From: Geosiphon pyriformis uo1 | Taxonomy: Eukaryota > Fungi > Glomeromycota | Direction of reading: 5' to 3' | DNA: 64,000 bases | NCBI GenBank assembly: GCA_016748015.1 | Contig: JAAOMT010000034.1 | Location: 592,161-656,160, forward strand | Part shown: piece by piece, positions 11,771 to 24,171 of the stretch | Position numbering within the stretch: the first letter of the stretch is position 1 | Layout: each line of letters opens with the position of its first letter | Program-made: the position numbers and the translations under genes | Notes under the pieces: generated by a model | Seen by the model: the letters and a program-made list of their open reading frames with translations, nothing else | The model's database searches: none | What the model was told of the DNA's origin: nothing

Positions 11771-14700
11771 ATAAAACTAGTAGGCTTTTCTGTTGGTGGC
11801 TCTGGTTCTGGTTTAGCTAAATTGAAGACCCAGTCTAACACTAAAAAAAAGTGCATATTAAGAGTATCTATTTTTATGGTTTTTTATATAAAAAGCCAAA
11901 AAAACTTAATGTTTTTGGTAACATAATAGAATTATTAATTGGCTCTTTATCTGTTAACATGTTGCAAGCTAATAAGAATAAATACAAAAAATCTTAAAAT
12001 AGTAAGATAAATAGTAAAAAAAACAGTGTTAATAAAATGTCAAATATTAAAAACATAAAAAACACAATTGCAAAAGAAATGAGTTACATAGATTCTAATG
12101 CTTTTAAAACAAATAACATAATAAATGACATGACATGACTCTAAAAAACACAAATAAGGACATATGTTTTAAGACAGCTGTTAAGTATGTCTTTTTTTAA
12201 AGTTTTAAGTAATAATAATAATCCAAATTGGTGCTTTTGGTATTTAAATTTGTTGGTTCCAAAAAATTGTCATTAGCCAAGTTATAAAATAAAAAAATTA
12301 GAAATTTTGGTTCAATAAAGTTTTTTGCACTGGATGTTAAACTTTTTGCAATGTTTGATAAAACATTTAGAGATAATTTTTTGTTTATTAAAAAAATTTT
12401 ATCATATTAACAGTTTTGAAAAAGCATCAACTCTCCCAAAATTTTTAGGCATTATTAGATTAATCTTTATTTCTTAACTAAGCTTAAACAAAGCTAAGAA
12501 ATTGATTATTAGTAAAAAATTTTTAGCAAATAATAATGTTAGAAAAACAAACAATTGTACAGATTGGAAAGTGATTATTAAAAAAATCTCAGTAAATTTT
12601 CTTAAATTGACAGTAGAATTAGTCTTTTCTAAATTTAGTAAGATAGTTTTAATTAAAATACAGCTGATTGGTCTTTGGCAAAAGACTTTAGTAGAGTTTG
12701 AATTATCAGATATTGCTGGTTTGATTGCTTCTAAATGATCAGTTTTTATGGAAAAAAATTCTGTGTGTGTGACATTAACTGTTAATAAAAAATAATTATG
12801 AATATCTAGAGATTTTTATCAGACTTTATTATATACTTTGTCTGTTAGCATTACTGCTTATGATTTTTTTGATTTGTTGAAATCATATAGTAAGAAAACT
12901 TGTTTTATTGGTCATAATTTAAGTTTATATATGCATAACAGATGTGCTATAATTTTTTTTGTTAATAAAACATCCAAGAAGACTGCTATTGATTTTATTC
13001 CAGTTTTTAAAGGTGTACATTTGTGCTGAACTGGTTTTTTTTTGGCTTATTGTGTTTAATATGAGCAATTTGGTCATGTATCTAATATGTGTTTAATAAA
13101 TAAAAATCTGAATGGTCACAATAAATAAGTGGTTAATTTTTAGAACCAAATTTGTTTAATAAATATATATTTAAAAAACAAATACCAATTGTTTATTTGG
13201 TTTTATTTGGTGAAAAAACTTGGGCTTAAATTGTTGGTAATTTTATTTTTTATATAATGCCTTTGGTTTTTTCTGGTGCTGGTTTATCTTTGAATATTAA
13301 ATTTTTTTTACTAATGTCTTTGAACTTGAATATAGGTTTGCTGCTCTTGAATACAGTTTTACCAGTCTTGTAAAGCAAATTAACAAACTGGTTAAGAAGT
13401 TGAATACACTTGGACTAATAGTTTCTCAGCTTAACTTTGAATGTTAGTTGTTAGTAACTTTTTTATCATAGAATCAAGAAGTGAATATAGTGTTGAATGA
13501 GAGTTTAGATACAGTTACTAGTAATAAGACTGTTGTAAAAATAGTATTTTTAGATTAATCAGTAGTTTTTAGATTAGAAAACAGTTTGATAAGTTTCTTA
13601 GATATGGTTATAGACTTTTTGGCCAAGATAAATAATATTGTTTTGGATTCAGATTTTTTTTTATCTCAATAAACAGTCTTGTTTGAAAGTTTGCTACATA
13701 TAATATTTGGAGTATTAATATTCTTGCTAAGCAAAAGGATGTTGTTTATTAATATACAAATTTGAGTAATATGGTTTTTTTATTATGAAGATAAAGTTAA
13801 AGGCTAATATTAAATCTTAAATTGCAAATAAGTTTAATAAAATACAAATATTCATGTCTGAATTGGATAAAAGTTTTTTCAGTGCTGAAATAGTTATTGT
13901 TATAAGCAATTCTTGGTTTAATATGTTTTTAAGATTAAAAAGATTCTTGGTCATGTTATTTTGATATAGCTTTTTTTTAAAAGCAAGCTTTTAGTTATGG
14001 TTCTGAGTTTGTATACTAGTGCTTCTACTGATACTAGATTTGGTCAAGCTTTAGATGTTAATTCTCTTATTGCTAAGACTATTAACTCCAGTACTTTTGT
14101 GGTCTTGTGTGAAAATTTTAATGAAAATAAGTCTAAAAAGAGTGTGAGTTTCAAGTTTTGTTTGGATTTAGGTTTGGTTAACTTATTTGGTGAACACCCA
14201 TTGGTTAAAACCTCTACTTAGAACAACTTAAAAGGTATTAAAAAGGTTTTGGATTACATTTTTATAAGTAAAAATTTATTGTTAACAGTTGTTGATTATG
14301 AAGTCAACTTTATGTTCACATTTTTTAACACTGATTATAAGACTGTTTTAATGTTGATTGGTTTAAGTAGTCTCTTAAATATTTATTTAAATAGCATACA
14401 CAAACAAGCTAATAAAGATTGTTAAAAGTTCAAAATCAAGAATATATATAGTGCCAAATAGACACAATTTAAGAAATATTCTTTTGTCAAGCTTTTAGTA
14501 ATAAAAAATATGTTTTTAAAAGCAAAAGCTCATGGTAATTTAAATATTATGTAGAATTTGCTAAAGAGAGTATTGGTGAAGTCAGTTGATAAAACATTCT
14601 CTAAATATTGGTTCAGTAAGTTTTAATATTTACAAAACTGGCAGTTTTCTAAGTTTTTTAGATTAGAATTGTTAATTGCTAAGATTATTAAAAAGTTAAG

Positions 14701-17700
14701 CTTAAGTAACATGCTTGAATTTAATTATTTTGCTAAAAAATGGTCAACTTTAAATGATGGCAAGACTTTTAAAATCATAAATATGGTTTAAAACAATAAA
14801 AAGTTAATGAATATTTTCAAACAGTTGTTAATGATTTGAAAAAAGTACAAAAAGTTCAAGCTTTATAAATCAAAATTAGCTGAAAAAGCATATATCAAGA
14901 AGGTAATTGAAAAGCACATAAAAAGTTTTTGTTCTAATAAAAGAGATATAATAAAGAGTATTTTGGATCAGCTTTTTTACAAGATGATTTTAAATCACTT
15001 GGTAGTAGAAAGAAAGTTGATTTTGGAGCCAGAAAAAATAAAACTTAGTATTAATAAGATTATAAAAGGTTAAACAAAAAAATAGGCTGTGTTTTAGGTA
15101 ATGTTTGATCTATAAACTTGCCAATATACACTATTAAATTATGTAAATAATAATGTTTTTTCTGGCATATTAAAAATAAGCAGTATAAAAAAATTGCTCT
15201 TGGTGATTAATAGTTTGCTTGATAACAAAGCTGCTGATTTGTTTGGCATTCTTAATAAACTTTAAAAACATAGTAGTAATAATGTGATAAGATGTCTTTT
15301 AGAATTATTAAATACATGTTTGTTCTTTAATAGTGTTTCAGTTGTATAGAAAAGAGCCTAAGTTTCAATGATCCTTAAATCTTATGACTGAAATAGAGTT
15401 TTGATAAACATTTGATTTATTGTTTTAATTGAAACAGCCAGAAAAATTCTCTTTAAAGTTTTATCCAATTGGATTTTATCTGCATATTACAAGTTTGGTG
15501 TTCTCTGTAGTAATAATTTTTTTGTTCTAAAGAACACATTTACTCAATTTTTTGTATTTGTAATTGGTTCAGTAGTTAAAAATACTTTAGAAAAGAATAG
15601 AAAACTTTGGTTGGTCTTGTAAAATATGCACAAAGCATATAACTTGGTTGGTTGGTACTACTTAAAAGCTAGCTTGCAATAAATTAAAATATGCAACAAG
15701 TTTATAAAATTTTTTGGCAGCATACATGAAGATAAAGTCAATAAAGTAATAACTAATTTTGATTTCTTAAGTAAATATAGAGTATATGATAAATTGAATT
15801 AGAGTAAAATCTTCTTATTTTTTCTTTGAAGAATTTTTTATAATCTACTTTTGTGTAAGATTAAAAGACATAAACATTTGTACAGATACCAGATTAATAC
15901 CAAGTTTGTGGTTAAAATAAGCAAAATAAAAAATAATGATAGAATGTCTTCTTTTTTTGCTGTTAGTATATTTGTGAATGATATAATTTGGATCAGAAAT
16001 TGTCAAGCTTTTATGTAGTATGCTGTGGATATTGTTAGTAAATTTTTTTTGATTAATAATATTTTTGTTAATAATAAAAAGACTATGGCTATTTTTATTA
16101 ATTAGAGTATTAAAGTTGTCTTTTTAAAAATTAATAGCCTACCAATTTTAATAGTCAAGAAAAATAAGACTTACAGATATCTAAGAATTTTTTTGTTAAC
16201 TAAAGAGTTATTCAAGTCAAGTCTGTCCAAGATTTATTTTAATGTTTAATTTTTTGTTAATGTGGTTTTTAGGAAAGCCATTACAGATAAGCAGTTTTTA
16301 TATTTAATATTGGCTATTTTGTAACTTATAGTTAATTATAAGACTCAGTTTAGTTTTGTCTTGTTAAGTATATATTGCAAATAGGATGTTATAATTAGGA
16401 AGAATTTCAAGTCTAAAGCTTATTTGTTATGTAATTTTTCTAATAAAACTTTGTATCATTCTTTCCTATATGATTTAAAATCATTTAAACAAATGCAGTT
16501 TGAAGAAAAATTAGTTGTGTTAATTATTTTTTTTAATACTTTGGACATTATTAAATGCTTGTTTAATTACAAATTCTTAGATTTATAGATTTTAAGATGA
16601 GCTCTTTTGAATTTTTTGCAGTTTTTTATTAAGTTATATATTAGTCCAGTAAACAATTTTTTGGTTAAGGTGATAAAAATTTTTTTGGACTTTAAATTAT
16701 AATTTGTCCAATGTATTTTATAGTCCTAATAAGTTTCTAATATTAGTTGTTTTGAGGCAATTCTTGTACTTTAGTTTGGTTTATTTTTTAAAGTGATTTG
16801 GAATTGTATTTGGTAATAGGCTTTTAGATAAAAAGTTCAATATAATAGATTAAAAAACTTTTTGTTATTAGAAAAAGTTAAATTCTAAAGACTCTGTACC
16901 TTATTTATTTAAGATTATATTAAAATTTTTACATGATAAAAGGTTTTTATTGATTGATTTAGCTGAGACAAATCTGTTATTTGGCTTGAATATTTTGAAT
17001 TCTAAAAATTTTTTTAATGTATAAAGTTGTTTATATAAAATTTGGTTTGGCTCTATATAAATATATATAGATAGATTTTTGAAAAATGCTGGTTTTGCTG
17101 ATGTTGTTAATAAAACTGCTACTTATTTCCTGACTGTAGACATGAGTATTAGTATAAAAATACATAGACTTCTGTTTTTTATTATGGCTAAATTGCAGAC
17201 TGTTGCTTTGTTTTTGAAGTGTGTTCTATTTTTCTGTACAGTAATTTTGTATTTAGACAACTAAGCCATTATTAATACATATGTATCTAAATTAATGTTA
17301 ATTATATTTGACTTTTATAATTAATACTGAATAGAAAAAAGACATATTGTTAATTTAATTAAAGATAAATATCTTATTGTAAATTAAATAAAAATTAAAA
17401 GTTATTTGGAAATTTCTGGCAATAAAAAAGCTAATATAATTATAGACAAGACTACTTATTCTCTTTTTTTTTTGTTAAAAGAGGTGTAAGAATATTTTTT
17501 AATAGTTAAAAGCACAGCTGTATTTAACAATACTCATTATTTTGTTTGAGATTTATTTAAGTTTATTAGTTATGTTTGATGAAAAGCTAGTTTTGGTCAT
17601 AATATTATTTTAAATACATTAATTAAAAAAGTAAATTGAGTGACTATAGCTAAAATTTGGCATCTTAATTTGCATATGCTTTCTGAATTTACTAATAAAA

Positions 17701-18470
17701 AGTCTGTTAATCTGTACATGTACTTGATAAAAACTGTATATAGATAACTATTGGTGGTAGTTAAGAAGAGATTATATAATAAAAGATATCTTAAAATACT
17801 GTGTTTATTGTATAATAAAGTAAAATTATTTGATTATATTTTTACTTATGTTTAAGATATTGGTATTTATAAAGAAATTTTGGTTGAAGTTTTTGCATAA
17901 TAAGCCACATTAGTAGATGCTTGTAATTAAGTTTTTTTTATTGTTTTGTAAATACTCTCTAAATATTCTTTAAATATGAATCTGTATACAGTAGTTTGTA
18001 AGAGTTTTGTATTAAAAAATTGGTGCATAAAAACTGTTGGAGTTTTTGATAGAAGAAAGGAAACTATCTTTGCTGTTATTGAATATGTGAAACATTTGGT
18101 AAAATTGCATTATATTAAGACATAATTGGTAAGATTTAAACATAAGATGAATATAGAAAAAGCTAAATTGGTTGAAAATAGTGGTTTAATATCTGAATTG
18201 TCTTGTAGTGTAGTGTTTATGCTGTCAAATGGAGTGGTTAAGTTGCTTGGTATTATTGAGTCTTTTGCTGTTAGTTTTGGTAGGTTCTTTTTTTTTTGGT
18301 TTGGGTAGTAATATACATGTTTGTATAGGTGTATAGTGTTGTCTTGTCTGGCTTGAGTGGCTAGTCATATGTAGTATGAGCATGAGTCGCATTTAGTTTG
18401 AGCCACTTAGTTTGGTTCTATGTAATAGATAGCAGTTGGGCTTCACTCAATAAATTGTTATTAAAAAAAA
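11771..18470 (+). mobile_element. Near full-length decayed non-LTR retrotransposon (LINE) with ORF1 and ORF2 (APE-RT-RNase H-Cys motif); 5' end approximate
   Basis: ORF1 has an RRM-like FSKFSKIVLIKIQLIGLWQKTLVEF and a knuckle remnant ~13051-13092. ORF2 from ~13669 has KFAT(C)N (APE), IETARKIL, LWLVL.NMHKAYN and FVNDIIW (RT), MAKLQTVAL...YLDN*A...KIKSYL...GN (RNase H) and CLLYN...DYIFTY. AATAAA at 18449 and A-tract at 18463-18470. Confidence 0.85.
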
Positions 18471-18648
18471 TTGTTTAATTTGCTGTGTTTTTACTAATTA
18501 TTGTTTTAAAATTTAATAAAAAAACAAAAAAACTTGTTTTTTTAAAAGGTTTGTAAAAATTCAGTTAATAATTTGATTGTTAATTATATTAAGTTGTATA
18601 ACAAGAATTTGATTTCTTTTCCCCAGTTTAATCGTAATTGTTCTTATC

Positions 18649-21600
18649 ATGTCTTCAGCTCGCGACCAACTTTTGCTGGCCCTTGCTCAAGCTACATCAC
18701 AAGAAGCAGCACAAATAAAAGCGGCTGAAACCATGCTCAAGCAGTGGGAGACTGTTCCTGATTTCTATATAACCCTACTCGTGAGATTAGCTTGTCAACT
18801 ACCTTTTACTTCATTTATCCTTCAGTTTTTAATGCTTAGAAAATAAAACCTAGGACATAGTGTACGATAAGACGGTTGTGCAAAATGTTCGCTTTATGGG
18901 TATCATTTATTTTAAAAATGGTCTTGATCGTTATTGGCGGAAAACAGCCAAAAAGTATGTGGGTTTGAGTGAAGGCTGGTTCATTGTTTGAATAATTTTT
19001 TTACCTGTTGAGTTTGATTAAGTTTATTTTATAAATGGGGTTTGCTTTATATATTTTATGATAATTTGAAAATTTTGGTACTGGTCAATAAAATCAATGC
19101 TTCCTTCCCTCTGTCTTGTAGTGCTATAAGATCAGAGGAGAAGATGCAAATAAAGAGTCGACTTCTCTCTTTTATGGATGAGGAAATTAATCAGGTCCGC
19201 GTCCAAAAACCATTATTATAGCAAGTATGGGAGATTGTTATATTGAGGTTCGATCAATAGTCTTTATAAACGACAGGTGTGAACAGACTCGGTCCATATA
19301 ATGGAATCAGAGCAAATTCAACTCGAAAACCTTAACTAAAATGCTTGATAATTCTTTTTGGTGGTCTTCTCACCGAAGAATATTCAACTTAATCAATATG
19401 GTCGTTTTACAAGAAAAACCAGAATCCTCATATTTTATATCTATATTTCAATTGGTATAGCTGGCAGCACAAAATGCATTGCTTGTTTCTAAGATCGCAC
19501 GATCCGATTACCCGAATGAATGGTGTGTCTCAATTTAGTTACCTATTTTTGCTCTTTAATTGCTTGACATTCTCCTTTTGATTCATTTTCCTTCATTATT
19601 TCTCTTCGTTTCCCCAAACTTAATTTTACAATTAAGGCCTGATCTTTTACAAAATCTATTGAGTATAATACATTCAACCTTGGGTTCACAACTGGATGCC
19701 CATTCTGCATTAATTCAAAAACGATCATTACTGACATTGCACTTGGTCGTGAAAGCTCTTTGCTCTCGAACCTTTGGTCCGGATCGTAGAATGTTAGAGC
19801 AGGTACCTATCTTTTCATTAGATTTGGCAAATTGCAAAAATTTTCAAAAAACCTTTCATCTTAAATTTTGATAATACAGTTTTATATTTTAAAAGATTGC
19901 ACCAGAGTTACTTCATAACGTTGGGATTATATATGTGGAGCATGTCAATCAACTTTTGGGCTTAATCTCTTCAGGCCTTGATAACTTAAAAATGATCAAT
20001 GAGCTCGAAACATCTTTATTAGCTTTGAAGTGTATAAGACGATTAATTGTCCACGGATTTCAGGATATTAGTGAGGCTCATCAAGCAAAGGTAAAATTCA
20101 TACCCACAGTTTGCTTAAGATCTTGATAATTTTGTGCGATTACACAATATCAAATGGTTTAGTCATTTCAATGCTAAAACTTTATCTCATTAAACTATTT
20201 TAGATTTTATTTGAGCTCGTATTTGATCATTTACAACAATTTTACAATTGGCGTAAGTCACATTTCAGCTTTTGATTTGAATTGAAGTAGTTTTTTATCG
20301 AGAAATCTTAATTTCTCTTGAGCTCATCTTGTTTTCATATTTACTCTAGGTAAATCAATGGAAGACGGATCATCACCAATAATTTCCTTGATTGAGGCTC
20401 ACATTTCCCTTATCGGCAAACTCTATATTGATCTGCAAAAAACTCATCCAATTCCCTTCGTCCTTGTACCGAGATCAATGGACCTTTTAAAGTATTTTTG
20501 GCAGATTTTGATTAATGACGGTTCCTCATACGAAGCAGGTCAGCCATGATATTGCAAGGTTTAATTTCTATTTGATTGGCAATTATACTCAAAGAATCAA
20601 TTAAATGAAAGATGTTCTCGATCAATCATTATTGTCTGTTCAGATTTATCAACCAAATCACCTACTTTTGAAAAAATTCTCGTTCAAGGTCTTCTGCTTT
20701 TAAAAGGAATAATCAAAAAGTCCGCCTATAATCAGAATCCACGGGGTAAGATCAATGCCAACAGAATTTCACGAATTAATTATAATAATTATATCAAATA
20801 ACAGGACTTGATAAGTCAAAAGTGACTGATGCATATTCACGAGTGGACACCGAGTTTCTCACCCCCGATTTTGTGAAGATTTGTGCAGAGACTTTAATAT
20901 CACGATTTCTAGTCCTAATGAAATCTGATTTAAAAATGTGGGAAGAGGATCCTGAAGGATGGGTAAATCACTTAGAAGACGATCACTGGGAATATCAGAT
21001 ACGCGTAAGTGGCTTAGACTTAAAATATTTTTGTTTGGAATTGTAAAATAATAGTATTTTCTGATTTTTTTTGAAAATCATAGCCTTGCTCAGAAAAATT
21101 ATTCATGGATCTTTTATCACAATATCGTCAAATTCTATCACCCTTATTAATCCAAATGCTTCGGAGTGTTTCATGTAAGTTAATAAAGACTGAATTCAAT
21201 TTTTTCTTGTTTCTACTTCTCTAATAATTTCGTTGCTTTTAATTATCCATTTATAGCTATCACTGAAGGAAAAGACTTGCTTCTTAAGGACGCAGTTTAC
21301 TCCGCGGTTGGATTAGGGGCCCACGCATTATATGATGAATTTGAATTCGATGATTTTTTGATACATCACTTGATCATGGAAGCTGGCAACCGTAATCTAA
21401 GGTATGCCTCAATTTTAAATTGTAACTTGTATGGTTTAAAGTAAATAAATGAGGCAATTTAATTTATTCTACTAGCTTCAAGATCATTCGTCGTCGTATC
21501 GGCTGGTTAATTGGACAATGGATCAGCGTGAAAATTTCAAAAGGTGTTCGATCAAAAGTTTATGAAGTCATGTTACATCTGATGGATCCATCTGAAGACT

Positions 21601-23687
21601 TGGTAGTCAGAATGACGGCTGTTATTAATCTTGGGAATTATATCCTTTATTAGTCGGCGATCATCGGTTTTATATTTCGGAAAAAAGCTCTATGATGATA
21701 TTAAAGTGCATATTCTATCTTAACTTAATTCATCAAACGTATAGACGAATGGGACTTCGAGGCAATTTCATTTGCTCCATACCTTGAAAGTTCAATTACA
21801 ATATTAACTCGCATGGTAGGGGAAGTTGAACAATTCGATAGTCGAACCAAGATTTTAAATTGTTTATCCCTTATAGTAGAACGAATGAAAGATCAGGTAA
21901 TCAATCAAATTAAATTGTCACCATTTATGTACTCATATACTTACACAAGGTATATCCTTTTCAACTTTTTTAAGATTGCTCCTTTCGCCCAGCAGATTAC
22001 AACCTTATTACCTCCCTTATGGCAAGCTTCCCAGGGAGAACATTGGTTCAAGCCATCCATCTTGGTGATTTTGACCAAACTAGTTACTGTATGTAAAAAT
22101 AAAATTTATACTAAAAAATTTTATTGATTAATAATATTAACCATTTCTCTTTGTTTTTTCATTGATTTAATTATAGGCATTAAAAGAGCAATCAAGTAAT
22201 CTCCAAGAATTTATAATACCACTCCTACAGTTCAACCTTAACCCCAACACAGTACGTAGAATTTGTTCATTTTGGAGATGCCTTGCCAATATAGATAATA
22301 TTCATATAAGTTGTGTGTTGTTCAGGAAGAACACGTTTACCTTTCGGATGACGCATTAGATTTATGGCAAGCAATACTGCAGAACACTGTAGAATGTACA
22401 CCTCTTTTGTTCAGCCTTGTTCCCACTGCCATTTCATTATTGGAATTTGGTTCAGAGCTGCTTAAGAAGGTTCTTCAAGTCTTGGAAAGTTATATAATAC
22501 TGGTGCCTGAAATGCTTATGCAGGTATTTCCACGAAAAGGAGTTGATTTATTGAATTCTAAGACACTGGCTCGTCAAATTTATATGGAAAAACTAAGAAG
22601 TTGATTATTCACAAATCTATGTAGGCATACGCCCATTCAATATTAGATGTTTTCACGCGTCTTTTGGGTGATTTGAAAGTCGAAGCTTGCACTGCTATAG
22701 TTCACGTTATTGACATTATATTGCAAGCATGTTCAATACAATTTATAGGGGACTTTTTGATTACGACGGGTCTTTTATGGAAGTTGCTAAATATTTTATT
22801 TGAAGCTGAGGTAAATATTATCCAGGATCTTTATTAGTTGCTGATAAAGAAACTTATTAAATTTTACATCTGGGGAATCTTCAATTACAGAAACACCCTT
22901 TTAACATCGTCAGTTATATATCAGTGTTTGCCAGAATTGTTGTTATTGATCCAACTTACTTTCTGCGGTTTATTGACGTTGCCGTACAAAAATTCAACCT
23001 ACCTTCTTTGCTTGAGAAAGTTTTAGATATATGGCTAGAAAGAGTAAGAATTAAGAAAATTAAAATTTTGCCTACATGTTGATAATTTGGTAATAACCTT
23101 TTTAACTTTTATAGTTTGATAATATAGGACATCCAAAACAAAGGAAATTGAATGCGATGGCATTCACTACGCTTATCTCCACTAATAATCCTGTAATCCT
23201 CGTTCGCCTACCCCAATTTATTAATATTTTGTGTGATGTGTTGAGCGAGATCAAGGAGATCGGAGGTGGCGAGTAAGCAGCTATATTATATGCTTTAGTT
23301 TCTATTAATTTTCTTCAAAGTTAAGTTAAAATTTGGCGTATTTTATTAATATTTCAAAATTAGTGCGTTAGTATATTGGCAAGAAGATCCAAGGGATAAT
23401 ACAGAGTTTGAGAATGACGAGGAAACGGCAGAAACGAAGCGACGACGATTGGTACCATTCCTTTTTTACTTGAATATTCCATGATATTGCAATACACTGC
23501 TGATAAACAAATATATTCATAGTTATTACAACGTGACCCTGTCCACAATACCAATATGATTCAATATATCCGACAAAAGTTGGCTGAATGTGAATCACTA
23601 AATGGTGGTCCAGACGTGTTTAGACAACTATACATTAATGGAATTGATCCTTCTCTATTGGATCAACTTTACGGATTCCTATCCTAA
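18649..23687 (+). CDS. IPO11: Importin-11 / Kap120 karyopherin-beta (multi-exon, roughly two dozen introns)
   Basis: Spliced reading gives IKAAETMLKQWE, IYFKNGLDRYWRK, SKIARSDYPNEWPDLL, WEEDPEGW, LLLKDAVYSAVGLG, IIRRRIGWLIGQW, HVYLSDDALDLW, HPKQRKLNAMA and DPVH..MIQYIRQKL; stop TAA at 23685-23687. Confidence 0.93.
21640..21738 (+). other. U12-type (minor spliceosome) AT-AC intron in IPO11
   Basis: 5' ATATCCTTT, branch-like ATCTTAAC at 21717-21724, 3' AC. Removal joins VINLGN+C+IDEWDFE in frame, matching the importin-11 VDDFEF region. Confidence 0.88.
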
Positions 23688-24171
23688 TTATTGGTTTATT
23701 CGCATGCCAATAAACTAGAATTCAGATTGATAATCTCAAGTTATCGGGGATAAGCAATAGAATTGATTTTCCACCTTGGCCGTGAATTAAAGAAAATCTG
23801 ATACAAAGATGTAAATCACGTGAAATTCATAATCTAGACAAATTGGTTTCTTAATAAAAAATTGGAAGATTGCATAAATTATATAATTTGAAATTGTAAT
23901 TATGCATTATATGATTTGCAATTTACTCAAGTTATTTTTTTTAATTATTAAAAATATTTATGTTTTACATAGCTTTCAATAATCTTATTTATAATAATGA
24001 AAATTTTAATTATTTTTATAAAAATCGACTTTTTAAAGATTTAATAACATACTTTTATTAAAAAATATTTTATAAATATGAAAATCTAAGGTTTTAGGCT
24101 TTTTGGCTAATGATTGCGACATCAAACTTATCGAATTTTTTCTAGAGCCAAAAATGGAAGAGGGACCTAAT

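Noticed and set aside
19195-19460. Longer IPO11 intron as a snoRNA host
   Set aside because: No convincing C/D or H/ACA box arrangement seen.
21952-21960. Second ATATCCTTT U12-like donor
   Set aside because: It lies inside an ordinary GT-AG intron (21897-21974) near its 3' end, and the frame is satisfied without it.
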